A DNA stretch of 64,000 nt from Octopus sinensis (Eukaryota): NCBI RefSeq assembly GCF_006345805.1, contig NC_042998.1, positions 1,612,001 through 1,676,000 on the forward strand, written 5' to 3'. How positions within the stretch are numbered: the stretch's first letter is position 1; every line of letters begins with the position of its first letter. Shown one piece after another: positions 37,401 through 51,038 of this stretch. The notes beneath the pieces were generated by a model. That model searched no databases, was not told where the DNA came from, and saw nothing but the letters and a program-made list of their open reading frames with translations. Made by a program: the position numbers and the translations under genes.

Positions 37401-37759
37401 CTATGTATGTACTTATGTATGTATGTATGTATGTATGTATGTATGTATGTATGTATGTATGTATGTATGTATGTATGTATGTATGTATGTATGTATGTAT
37501 GTATGTATGTTCTCTTCTGGTTTAATTATTTATATTCTTCTTCTGAGGAAGGAGCTGGTTTCTAATAAAGATACTAAGGATATAAAAAGCTCCATTTTGG
37601 GATGTAATTAACAAAAGCAATGTCACATTTTAAACTCGAGAAAAATCTCGTATGTTTTTACTGTTCCGTTTACTGATTGTATTTGTAATTTGCTGGTTAA
37701 TTTCTTTTTCTAAACACCACAGCTTATCCTGATTGTCATTTAACCAAATGCACCAATCA

Positions 37760-38270
37760 TCTATTATATAAAATCCGTTCTGTCTGTCTGTGTGTGTCTT
37801 CTAGGATCTCGGGCATCCTCCATCCGATCGCGCTCAAATTTGATATGTAGATACCGACGGTATCAGGGCGTGAATAAGTCATGAAAAATTTACAAAAATC
37901 GATTCCAGGTGAGAATGCGATCGATAAAGCCGTTTTTGTCCTGCTTTTCTTCCGTCAACCTGTACATAACTGCACCTTCCATTTTTGTTGTTTTTGTACT
38001 GCTTAAAGGAATGTTTCTTTCCTGCCAAGCTTACTGTTTAAACCATGTTTGTGTTCTCCCAGTCAACAGCCTTATCATTACTGGTGCTTTAAACTCTTCG
38101 GTTGCATATTTGTGTGAATAAAATCGTTTTTCTTTGGAATAGAAAAAAAGTTTATGTTTATTTCTTCTTTTGCTGGTGTCTCAAATTTAGGTTAAATCAG
38201 TGTTTCTCAAAGGGGAGACGTATGGGATGGTCGGACAAGTTGTTTTGAGAAAATTTGGTTTAAATATTTG
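37760..38270 (+). mobile_element. Non-autonomous Helitron with an extra internal segment; 3' end not found
   Basis: A|TCTATTATATAAAATCCG start; reverse-complement match to 2885-3298 on both sides of 37934-38110. Confidence 0.7.
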
Positions 38271-38761
38271 ACAGCTCAGCACCGTCCATTGGACGGGAGG
38301 CGTTTTGCTCATTATTTGTATAAATGTGAATTTATAATCTGGACATAAAAGCTGGAGGTTTCAAAGTAATTCTCCAAAATCATGTTTCTCTTTTATTTTT
38401 CAAAGAGTTATTCACATACGTATGTATGTATGTCATTATTCATTTTTATTTCAAGATTCTTGCCAATAGAGAAAGATTCGGTTTCTAATCTAGATCCAAA
38501 GTTCCTTCATTGGAATTTCAACATCAACAGGGTATTTTTGTATGTATGTATACGTGCAGATTTGTATGTTTTGTTTTATGTATGTCTTCTCGTGCATATA
38601 GCTGCATATCTAGACATGCTCATATATACCTAAGTGATAAACTTCTGGAAAGTTTAACAAATTTTTACAGTTCCAGTGATGAATTGGTTCTGTAGTCTTC
38701 GAATTTGTTTCCTCCTTTCTGGTTTTAAGAAGCCTAATTTCTCAAGATTGGTACTTAGTCA

Positions 38762-38796
38762 GTGTATGTATGTATGTATGTATGTATGTATGTATG

Positions 38797-38830
<34 letters not shown>

Positions 38831-38884
38831 TGTATGTATGTATGTATGTATGTATGTATGTATGTATGTATGTATGTATGTATG

Positions 38885-38918
<34 letters not shown>

Positions 38919-39243
38919 TGTGTGTATGCATGTGTGTATGTATGAATGAATGTATGTATGTATGTTTGTATGTATGTATGTATATACGTATGTATGTGTG
39001 TATGTATGTATGTTTGTATGTATGTATGTATGTATGTGTGTATGTATGTATGTATGTATGTATGTATGTATGTATGTGTGTGTGTATGTATGTATGTATG
39101 TGTGAGTGTATGTATGTTTGTATGTATGTATGTATGTATGTATGTATGTATGTATGTATGTATGTATGTGTGTATGTATGTATATATGTATGTATGTATA
39201 TATGTACGTAAGTACGTACGTACGTACATATGTGCGTATGTAT
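38762..39243. repeat. (GTAT)n array
   Basis: Directly visible. Confidence 0.95.
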
Positions 39244-39329
39244 GTAATGTCAGATCACTTTTAGTGTTACTGGCAACATGTAACTTAATACAACCTATTC
39301 CATAGTCCAAGCCTACTTGGTGAGAAGGG

Positions 39330-39640
39330 TGGTTTTCATTGGACACCTTTCTTTCCTTCTTATTTCTTGATCTTGTGGTTCTTGGGGCATTCGTTGATGA
39401 TGTTGCATCCAGGTGTCGCAACTTCTCTCGATCTTCTGCTGCCCTCTGTGAATCGATGAAATTGAGGCCTTTCCGTTCTTTGATGTTAACTGGAGCTACG
39501 ACCGATCCGGTATGGACTCTGGTCTGATCGTCATCATTACGAATGTATCAGCGGAAAGTTAGCTTGGTGGCAATCATTCTTCTCCTAGTTATTATCCACA
39601 ACCGTATGTGTATCTCTGAGATACTCTTTAACCCCGAACA
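39330..39640 (-). mobile_element. Decayed RTE LINE 3' end
   Basis: Translates as ...NIKERKGLNFIDSQRAAEDREKLRHL..., resembling the RTE terminal R.AEDR..WR motif, followed by an (AAGA)-rich tail. Confidence 0.55.
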
Positions 39641-40254
39641 CTTGGCTGTGGACCTAGACAGGTTATTCCGTCCTAACCAGTGACTCTTTGGGAAGCCTTA
39701 CCCGGAGACGTATTTACACCATCCTCTCATTTGGTTTAGCCCACCTGTTGAAGTGTAGTACCGCGATGTGACGCTAGGAACCACCAAGTAAGAGATTAGG
39801 GGTTGAATGAGGATCAGTGATGCTTGTCTATCTAACCATCCCTGGAAAGGTGCAGCTGCCAGGTACAAAAGTAGTACTTCTTTGCGCAGCTCCCTAAACA
39901 CTGCAAGACGTAAAACAAAACCCTGTCCAACAAAATCCTACAAAACAAAATCCCATCCATCTGGAGTGAAGGACCCCCACCCATCCCTGTTTTTGTATAG
40001 ATATCTTTCTAGGAAAAGGAAATTCCAAAATAACATCTATCTCATTGGGAAGTCGGAAATCTTGCTCACGCTTGTATCTGGACAACTTGGCTTTGCAGGT
40101 GAGAGTCTTAGCAGTGTTGTGCAAACTGTTATTGACTTTAAATTTCAGTTACGAGCATTTCTGACAAACATTGTCTTTTAACATCTTGGATACGATAAAT
40201 CTATCAGTGATGGTCAGACCCGTCAACGAGTTGAGAGCCACCATATACGCATGC

Positions 40255-40368
40255 GTGTATGTATGTATGTATGTATGTATGTATGTATGTATGTATGTAT
40301 GTATGTATGTAGTATGTATGTATGTATGTATGTATGTATGTATGTATATATATATATATATGTATATC

Positions 40369-40426
<58 letters not shown>

Positions 40427-40579
40427 TGTATATCGATGTATATCGATGTATATATATATATATATACATATATTACATATATATATACATATGTATATCA
40501 ATATATATATATGTGTATGTATGTATTTATGTATGTATATGTGTTTGTATGTATATATGTATGTATATGTGTTTGTATG

Positions 40580-40613
<34 letters not shown>

Positions 40614-40760
40614 TGTATGTATGTATATACATATATATAGAGAGAGGTGATAGAGAAAGAGGGGAGTGAGGGAAAGGGAGGGGCGAGGAGAGAGAAGCGG
40701 GAGGGAGGGAGGCAGAGAGGAAAAGGGAGAGAAAGAGAGAGAGGGGCGAGAAATCTAAAG
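40255..40760. repeat. Compound (GTAT)/(AT)/(AG) microsatellite
   Basis: Directly visible. Confidence 0.9.
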
Positions 40761-41204
40761 CATTTGAACAGTTTCTAAGGCAAAGAATCAAAAGTCGGGT
40801 TTCATACGAAACATGTCTGCCGTTGACGAATCAACAAACTGAAAAATAATCAAAGTTATCTCTTCCACCTGAATTTCTTAGAAACCAATAAGTGCTTCCA
40901 ACGTATTTACCAGCATGGAGAATATATATAGGCACAGCGTTTAGACATAAAATAACATGTACATATATATGTGTGTATATATGTGTGTGTATATATGTGT
41001 GTGTGTGTGTATGTGTATAACACATACACACATGCAGTCACACACACAAATACGCACACACAACATATTTTTATATAAGTACGTATGTATGTATACATAC
41101 GTGTGTGTATGCATATTTGTGATGTGCATACATTTATGTACGTATGTATATATATGTGTGTATGTGTGTGTGTACATACTTATATGTATATATACATGGG
41201 CGTT

Positions 41205-41240
<36 letters not shown>

Positions 41241-41344
41241 TACCTAAGCGCGCGCACTTCTGTATCATTTACATACGTTCGTTTGTATTATTTCTATGCT
41301 TGAATGTATAAACTGAAGTACACACATGGGAGCATTATACACAC

Positions 41345-41404
<60 letters not shown>

Positions 41405-41795
41405 TCTTTTATTCTTTTTATTTGTTTCAATCATTTGACTGCGACCATGCTGGAGCACCGCCTTTAGTCGAACAAATCGACTCATGGACTTAATGTTTGC
41501 AAGCCTAGTATTTATTCTATCGGTCTCTTTTGCCGAACCGCTAAATTAAGGGGACGTTCACACACCAGCATCAGTTGTCAAGCGATGGTGGGGGGGGGAC
41601 AAACACAGACACACAAGCACACACACATATATGTATATATACGACGGGTTTCTTTCAGTGCCCGCCTGCCAAGTCCAATCACAAGGCTTTGGTCTGCCCC
41701 AGGCTATAGCAGAAGACACTTGCCCAAGGTTCCACACAGTGGGACTGAACCTGGAACTGTAAACAAGCTACTTACCACACAGCCACTCCTGCGCC
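41405..41795 (-). mobile_element. CORE-type SINE, family A
   Basis: Reverse complement of the family A consensus. Confidence 0.85.
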
Positions 41796-42128
41796 TATAT
41801 TTATATATATATAAATATATACATATTTGTAAAAAATGAAGTTCGAAAATGCTGCTATATTATACAATTTTTAATTTTTATATATACATTATAACATGTT
41901 TCAGTTCCTGAAATGAACCTTATCAAAAAAAGTTATATATAAAAAAAGACAGCTCATGCCGTCAAACACGAGAAATTCATTTACAATATACAACGGAGTC
42001 AGACATCTTAAAGTTCAAATATAGTTTGAAGTAAGTTCATTCATGCTATATGTTCAAAGTGTTCGATGCAGTGGCCCACGGTGGCGATACGTATTCAATA
42101 CAAAAAAACATACATATATATATATATA

Positions 42129-42310
42129 TAGGGAGAATTCACGAAAAAAACAAAAAACGAAGACAGGTCGTGTAGAAAACAAACAGATGTATTAGTATAA
42201 CGCTCGGGAATTGAAAAAGTCTTTAAGGTTTCGAGCCTACGCTCTTCCACAGAAAGGAACACAGAAAGAAACAAGGAGAGACAAAAAATTTGTTTAGTGG
42301 CTAACGATCT

Positions 42311-42312
<2 letters not shown>
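42129..42312 (-). mobile_element. Penelope-pLTR-like repeat with a degenerate hammerhead-like motif (copy 3)
   Basis: Minus-strand ccttt-ctgtgga-a-gagc-gtag-gctc-gaaac-ctt-aaaga at 42220-42257; the cleavage triplet is mutated. Confidence 0.6.
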
Positions 42313-42343
<31 letters not shown>

Positions 42344-42399
42344 TATATATATTTATATATATTTCGAACTTCAGATGTTTAAAATAGAAACTATCGTTT

Positions 42400-43170
42400 T
42401 CAAAAGGCCCTCATCCGTCATTCGTATTTAGGCAGTGAAAGCGTGCACATCATAGTTCAATATTAAATTTCACTGCCTTAAAATCGATGAACTTGAAGTG
42501 CATATTCAACATGTGATGTGAGACTTTAAGAATGGAAAACAAAAACACAAACAGCTAAGAAAATCTGCAATGTTTATAGCCAAGGTGTCGTTGCTGAGCA
42601 GCAAGTGCAAAATTGTTTTTTTCCAAGTTTCGTTCTAGAGATTTGTTATTGAGACACATCGCAACTGAGGCACATCCTGTTGAGACATATCCCAATCCAC
42701 CATCTGCCGCCACTTTGAAAAGATAAGAAAAGTCAAAGGCTGGTTGTTTGGGTTCCCCATACTCTTAGTGAGAAGAATAGGGAAGATCACATGTCCATAG
42801 GGACAAGTCTTCTTTCAAGGTAGAAAAATGGGTCTTTTGTGACAATGTTCAATGCAAAAGGCAGTGGAGTGACGACTTATCGCAAAGGCTGAGCTCTATG
42901 GAAGGAAGGTTATGCTGTGTGTATGGTGGAATCGCCGCAGTATTATTCATTTTGAGTTTTTAAACCATAATCAGATACAAACAGCTGCAATATGTGGCTG
43001 AAAATCTTTTAATTCCTTGCTCTCGTCAATCGGAGAAACATTATGCTTCTCCATGATAACGCAATTCCACATTCAGCAAGGATCATGCAGGATAAGATAT
43101 TGGATCTCAGCCTGGTGTGTTCTACTCCATCCACCATATTCACAAGACCCCTTGCACCTCATCGCCATAG
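42400..43170 (+). mobile_element. Decayed mariner transposase fragment
   Basis: Motifs WVPH (tgggttccccat), KVMLCVWW, LLHDNAIPH, HPPYS; frameshifted and internally deleted. Confidence 0.85.
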
Positions 43171-44420
43171 CTAAGCCTACTCAAGCCTTTGATCCCTCGA
43201 CAAAAGATACTAAGTTGGCGATTCGAGCGAACTATGGACGTCTTCTTGTATTTCTGTATTTCTTGGAAGGACCCTGAACCCAATGCTCTTCACTAAATCT
43301 CTACCAACGATTTCTCGTTTTTTTTTTGTTTTTTTTTTTGTTTTTTTTACCATAGAGCCCTAATATTCATCTCCTACTTTCCTATCGCAGTGCATGCCGT
43401 TCTTGCGAAAATATTCCTCAGTTTTTATTTAAAATAAACGTACTCTTGTAACCCTTATGTCTATGACTTATTCTATGACATATGATCTCTTCACATTTTA
43501 TCAAATACATCACAAGGGGAGGATGTTATCTTTGTTACCCTCATGTACCACTGATCTAATTGCTGTCATTTAACACCATATTAATCCTGATCAAGCAGAG
43601 TCGTGATTTAAGACAGTCACGCAGCTAGTGCGTGCGCCATCCGCGGTAACCTTTGAGTTCTGCACCCGCTCTGTCCTTATATAGACTTATACAGCAAACC
43701 CAAAAGTGCCACCCGCACAAAAGCGCCGCCCAGAACAGACGGGACCCTCAAACTCCACCATCGCTACGCAATTGATTTAAGACGTTCCAGCTGTGAACTT
43801 CAGACTGTTTTACAAGGATAAGATTCCCCAATGTGTTCTTTTTTTTTAACAGTACTGTGTTATTTGAAGAAGATTTAGTTATTATTTCTAGCAAGCGAGT
43901 ATAATTACTGTTTTTGGCTACATAGCTCATATAGTTTTAAGGAAATGTTTGTTTATTATGAATTAATTTCCAATCCTAGAGACATCTTGCTTACGCTCAC
44001 TAATCGTGATTTAAGCACCGGCCCTGAGTAGTTTCATTATTATATTAACTCTTTGACATTCAAACGATCTATGTCTGGCCCAAATATTCTACATGCTTTA
44101 TGCTCAATCTGACCAGATCCGGCCTCTCACACCTACCCTAGCATGTCATTCTAAAAATAAAACAATCACAAGACTTTGGTTGACCTGGGGCTATAGAAGA
44201 CTCTTGCCCAAGGGAACATGCGATGGCGCAGCAAAACGCTGACAGTAACATCTGCGTTGATACATCGAAGATAATTAATATTCATCTCACAGCTGGTTAA
44301 CAAATTAGAGGGACAATTTACATTGATGTATCATGAAACAGAATGAACGAAATCGAATGGTTTTCTTCCCATAAGGAAACGAGCTTCGATTATGGACGAA
44401 GCTTGTTAGTCCACTTGGTA

Positions 44421-44454
<34 letters not shown>

Positions 44455-45081
44455 CCTCCTCCTCTCTCTATCTATCTATATTAATGCTTGTATTTGTGGC
44501 CAGTTAAAACAATAACAATTTTACATTAATCTGATGGGTTACTCTATACTTTTGTAAAGTACAAATTTATTGTTCTTATACAAGAATATTGTTGACAGTG
44601 ACTTCGAAGCTTCGGCAAGTCCGGCGATGGCTTAGCTGGCCGAAACTCCGAAGTCACTGTCAAAAACATTCTTGTAAAAGAATAATAAATGTTTATGTCT
44701 GCTTGTGTGTCTATCTGTCAATCTGTCTGTCTCTCTGCCTGTCTAAATTTCTGTCTACCTATCTGCCTACCTACCTACCTATCTGCGTTCAAATCCCACT
44801 CAGGTTAAATTTGCCATTCATCTTCCCGAGTGTCGATAAATGTACTACCATTCGAATAAATGTACTACCATTGTTATCCATTGCAGTATCTGCACTTCTT
44901 GACATTTTCGTGGTAAATTGTATCCAAAGTCACAAGAAACCTCACGAGGACAGCAAAGAGTAAATGGCGGTCAAGGAGTGCTGAGTCACATCTGACACAA
45001 TGGTCGGCTGTTTGCGCACCAAGCGACCCTTGTTATGGTGTAGTCCGGACGTAGTTCATTGATAAGGATAAGTAAAAGAAA

Positions 45082-45142
<61 letters not shown>

Positions 45143-46278
45143 GGGAAGCCAAAAATTACCCACACTTTCCCCAAAACTTTCTAAATGTCAGCTGCACTGC
45201 CTTCAGCGTTTGCGTGCTGAAGGATGGTACTCTTGTGAGATCTTTACCTTTTGACCGACAGATTTAAAAAATAATTTTTTGTAACTAAACACTTACAAAG
45301 GAGATATATTTAGGAGTTTATCTATCTCCTTCTGTGTATATATATCTCCTTCTGTGTGTATATATACTACCAAATATGACTTTTTTTTACTCCTAATACT
45401 TTTCTGTGTATGCATATAGATACTTCCAAACAAACATGACTTTTAATGAACTCCTAATATTTTTATTGAACTTTTTGTTTAATATTTTCTCAAGATATTT
45501 CCTTGTAAACTGTTTTTAACATTTTCTTATCATTATCAAAGAAAGCATCTATGTATTTTAATACTTTTGTGACAACCGGTACTTAACACAACAAAGCTTA
45601 TCCAAAGCTTTACATTTTACTTTTCACAATCTTTTTTTCTAAAAAAGTGAAACCGGTCAAGTGAATAAACATCTTTAAAATTACATTTTCAAACCTTCTT
45701 TCATATATATTTCCACTCGTGCGGTACCTTACAACTTCACTTTGTTATAGACACACACATATATATATATTAGGTTGTGTATTGGTAGTACCCATCACTA
45801 ACCGAGGCTCTCCACAAAACTGCTCCTCTCACTTTTATCAAGGGCTTCCTTGTCAATCCCCCCACCCACATACCACGTCATTTCTTTCATGTGCTGCTGC
45901 CGAGCCGCCCACACGCTTAATTTATCAGATAGATGTAGTTCCTATATCAGCTGATTGCTCAGCCGCAAAGAAGAGTATGTCCACAGAGCTTTTTGGTACG
46001 TTCAAAAATCACATGCACCCACTTTTCCATGACAAGATTAGGGCCTAGAATCTTCCAAACAGACACATGACATTTCACTTAATCGAATTAGTCCTTCATT
46101 TACTCCGCAAATGCTTTGTCATCAATGCTGCACTTCCCCGTATCACAGGCTTCAACTTAACTGTACCATATATATAAACTATGCCATTTAAACCCCCGAG
46201 CAATAAATATAAATATATATATATATAAGAAATTTGAATTTCTAAATCTCTCGTAGAGACATGTACGGTGGTGGGGCG

Positions 46279-46552
46279 ATAGAATGGTTGTATACTGTCA
46301 ATCTAACAAGAACGTGACAGTAGGGGGTACACCACCGCTGTATAGCCCTAGGAAGCATCGAACGCTCCTGATGGCTTTGACACATTTTTCCCTGTGTCCT
46401 TATATACATTTACGAAATGTAAATGTAAATGTATATAAGGACACAGGGGAAAATGTGTCAAAGCCATCAGGAGGCGTTCGATGCTTCCTAGGGCTATACA
46501 GCGGTAGTGTACCCCCTACTGTCACGTTCTTGTTAGATTGACAGTATACAAC

Positions 46553-46560
<8 letters not shown>
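46279..46560. repeat. 282-bp near-perfect palindrome (fold-back element)
   Basis: Arms 46279-46413 and 46425-46560 differ by 2 substitutions and 1 indel; 11-nt spacer. Confidence 0.95.
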
Positions 46561-46626
<66 letters not shown>

Positions 46627-46727
46627 TACTGCTCTAATTTTAAAGTGTGCTTCTTTTGAGGATATATGAACTCCTACTGAATGTGTATATATTTATGTGT
46701 ACGTGTGTGCGTATGTGTGTGTGCGTG

Positions 46728-46809
<82 letters not shown>

Positions 46810-47512
46810 AGTGTGTGTGTGGTTCGCAAATCTTCAAAACTTAAACCAAATGAACGAATTTCACGAACCACCAACCAAGAATACAAGAACGAACTTGAAA
46901 AAAAATAAAGTGGGAAAGAGAAAGATAGAAAGGAATGAGTGAGGAAAGAGGGAAAAAGAAGATAAGAGAGAGAACCAGAGAATGTCCTAACTCGCGGACT
47001 ATTCTTAGTTGCAATAACCTCAACTTTAGAAAAGATTTTGAAGTTTCATTCCTTTCATATCTTTTATCTGTTTCGTATGCTTTATTAATTCTAGCTTTTC
47101 TTTTGTTTTTTCCTTCTTTTTTTTTAAGTTTTCCTTTCCAGTCTGAACCTGACGTGTCTAAACAAGCCTCTTTCTGATATCTCTCGTCAGCCTATCAGAC
47201 GAAAAGGGCTCCTTCTACGAACGCAACGAACAATGGATTAACATTGAATATGATATCTAGCAGTAGAAATGGTGGGTGAGGGGATTGTGATAAAGGTAAA
47301 TATGAATAGTGTTGTCAGATTGAGTCGTGCCTAAGTAACTAGATACAAACTACAAATAGGTAACGTGTTTATTTGTACCCCACGCATCGCCCTCCAGTAT
47401 GCGATTAAAGGATGGCATATGAAAAACTAATGAATTAAATTCAAAAGAAAATGTTCGAACACCTTTTGCGAGTCGTTGGGTCGTTTGAGTTATCACTAAA
47501 CTTTAAGATTTA

Positions 47513-47907
47513 CTAGGAGTATCGCTCGGCGTTGCTCGGGTTTGTTTCGACCCTTCAGAATTGGAATTTTTGAAAAGTAAAAATTTTGTATTATGTAGCT
47601 TGTTATTCTCTTTAAGTCAACATTTTTCTGGTTGAAATACACCGAAAAATGGCGATACAGCAGTCAAAATATCGTAAAAAGATAGGGATTTTCATAGGAA
47701 AAAAGCACCTTTTTGATGTAAATAACTTTTGGTGTTAACATGGTCTGATTTGAATTTTTTCTTCTACGGTAGGAAGAGCAAGTCTTCTTCTATCATACTC
47801 TCAATTTTGGTCAACTTGCGCCGCAGGGTCTCGGAGGAGATAGTGTTAGTTGAAGGCTACCAAACCTGCCATACACAGACAACTTCAGCTTTATATATAG
47901 AGAGAGA
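47513..47907 (-). mobile_element. Non-autonomous Helitron
   Basis: Minus strand: A|TC start, cccgagcaacgccgag hairpin, CTAG|T end. Confidence 0.85.
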
Positions 47908-50521
47908 TTTGTAATTCGAAGAAAGGTAAGTCAAGTTGGTGGAGTCCATTCCTCCACTTGCCGTTGACAACGACTGGAAGTCCCAGATTCGAGGAATAAA
48001 GTAGACTTGAATTACTCAATTGGTGGTCGATTCAATTTCGATGTAGAGGTTTATGATGAAAGAATAGATTAAATGACAAACGATTATATACCACCAATGT
48101 TTTTTTACATTGTGTTCCCACCAACTTACTTAAACCTCGTTAACTTATCCGTCCATGTTACTGCTAGAATTATCTGGTGCATTGTATAATTGTTCTGCTG
48201 GTTTGCAAATGCAGAATCGTTATCTGATTCGCATTAGATATTCCATATGGATACTGTATTTCATATTTTATATAAGTATGTAGTTCTTGTATGTATATAT
48301 AACTCTATAGATGTATATGTGTACCTGCTTATGTATAACCGCCATCTTTTCATGAATATTTGTGATGGAAGTAAAGTGGAATATATTCAAATTTGAATCG
48401 AAACAAAGGTGCGAAGAGCTTATCTCTGACCAAATCTGATGCCTGGTTTTAAATCACCAAATGCTCTTGCAAGCATTCGTAGCAACAAAAACAAATGAAA
48501 CAGTCTTTTCCCTCAATATTCATCGCATTGCTGTGACGAGTTCCATTTGAGAGTAACCCCTGTGATGATACCAATGGTACATGGCGTTCACTGATCGAAT
48601 ATTAACCTCTACTCGCGTAGATAATCGTTTCTTAAAGCCGAACCAGCGAAGTAGAATCTAGGGGTCCATTCAATTTGTTTATTTTCTTCATTTAATATTA
48701 TGCTTTGTGAACCATAGGTTTCTAATGGGCCATTTCTGGAGGCAAGTGTGATAGAGGAGTATCTATAACACAGTGCGAAGGACTTCGTTCGAAGAGCATC
48801 GATTTTAGGGGCCCCTTACATCCTTCAGCAAAAAATACTCACAAGCGCGCGCGCACACACACATACACACTTACACACACACTCACACATACGCACGTCT
48901 ACTAACCTACTTCCATACGTATACACACAGACATAAATACACGACCATGTTCAGCACAGTTTCCGCATATCATATTCTTCTCACTAAGTATTGCTTATTG
49001 GTCATCATGATGTTATGGTAAAAAGAAACTTGCCCAATGCGCTGCATAGTGAGATCGAACCCGAAACCGCATATCCAATAGTATTATCAACAAACGGACA
49101 ATAGCTGGGAAATCGCTTTCAAATAGCAAAAAAGACGAGATGAAATGCCTTCGATCATAAGCAAGATTAACCTGAGTCTAACAACAACAACATTATCACC
49201 TTCACCACCACCAACACCATTAACAACATGATTACCGACAAAGTGCAATTTATATTTGAGGCTCCGATGAAGCTGTAAGGTGTTACTCAGGCACTCAACT
49301 ATGAGCCCACTGCAGAAACAGCTGTTAGCCAATAAAGTTCATCAGATAATCGTTTATTCCTTTGTCCCCTCATTTACCACCAGTAACACCAGTAGCAGCA
49401 GCTGTCCAAGAATTTGGACCTGGAGATCTCCATTTCCAGCGACTTCAAGGGCCACCTCCCAGTGGTGTCGGGCGTCAATAAAGAGCCCTAGACTACAACA
49501 AGACGACCAAAGTTTCTTTCTTTTTTTCCAAGGTCTGGGGTCTCCCGCCCCTAAGCCCTAGACCATCGCCTAATCACCCTTACCCGTCTTGTTGCTTAAC
49601 AACAACAACAACAACAACAACCAGTAGCAGCAGTAACAACCATCACTACCATCACCAACACTATCACCAACAATAACACCATCACCATTGCCTCTAGCAA
49701 TACCAACACCAGCATCTCCATCGTCAACATCATCAGCACCTCCCCCACCCAACAACAACAATAACCGTTTCCTCACATATTTTATCTTCTGTCCACCCTG
49801 AATAGTTACAGTTAAAAGTACAGATAAACTAAAATTATATTCGTTTGATATGTTGCTTTCTCCACTCTTCTCACTCCAACCCCTCTGTCTCCCCATTTCT
49901 CTGTCTCTCTCTCTCTATTTCTCACTATCTCTCCCCCTCACTCTATCTCTCTCTTTCCTCTCTCTCTCTCTTTCTCTCTCTCTCTTTCTCTCTCTCTCTC
50001 TTTCTCTCTCTCTCTCAACAGATACCTCACACTGTGAGAGAAGCATAACCCTATCAACTCTCTAATTCTCCTCTGTTCAGATCAATAAGACAAATTAGTC
50101 TTTCTTTAATCAGTTTCTAGCACACACACACACACACACACACAAACACATACACACACACACAAACACCACTCCACACCACACACCACATTCACATAAA
50201 CCACACATACACACACGCATACCTATGCGTATATACATGTATGCGTGTATGCATGTGTGCGTATGTATATGCGCGCGTATAGATATACACATGTACAAAT
50301 GTATATATATATGTATATATATATATTATTTTTTTTATTTTATTTTATTTTTATTTTTTATTTTATTTTTTTTATTTATGATTTGGTTTATGTCTATCAT
50401 TGTTTGAATTGCATAATAGTGGTTCTTCTCTAATTTATATATATTATATATTTAAATTGTAAAATTTGATTTAATACTAAATTGGGATTTTTCCCTGTAA
50501 GTTTGGAGTTATACTCCCTAA

Positions 50522-50590
<69 letters not shown>

Positions 50591-50592
50591 TT

Positions 50593-50626
<34 letters not shown>

Positions 50627-51038
50627 ATATATATATATATCTATATATATATATAATATATATATATATATATACAGGCATACATGTATAAATAAATACT
50701 CTATATATATTTATAAGAATAAGAACAAGTCCTGGGGTCGATTTGCTCGACTAAAAGCGGTGCTCAAGCATGGCCGCAGTCAAATGACTGAAACAAGTAA
50801 AAGAGTATACGTACATGTATAAATATATATAATAGAGAGTGAGAGCGAGGATTCGCACACATACACACACACATGCACATTCCTTAATCCTCCACAGATT
50901 AACAGCTAAGAACTCAAATGTTTGTGTTATTGGTTAATAATCATATAATCTTCAAGAGTTGGGACATATTTTAACACAGTGATCATATATCAACAGGTCG
51001 TACGTAAACAGAGCAACAGCTTTTATGACGGTTTAATG

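Noticed and set aside
47911-47931. Consensus donor AAG|gtaagt next to a Helitron end
   Set aside because: No matching acceptor or open frame identified; isolated 9-mers are expected by chance.
48560-48600. TGATGA...CTGA resembling C/D snoRNA boxes
   Set aside because: Boxes are only about 30 nt apart, too short, with no terminal stem.
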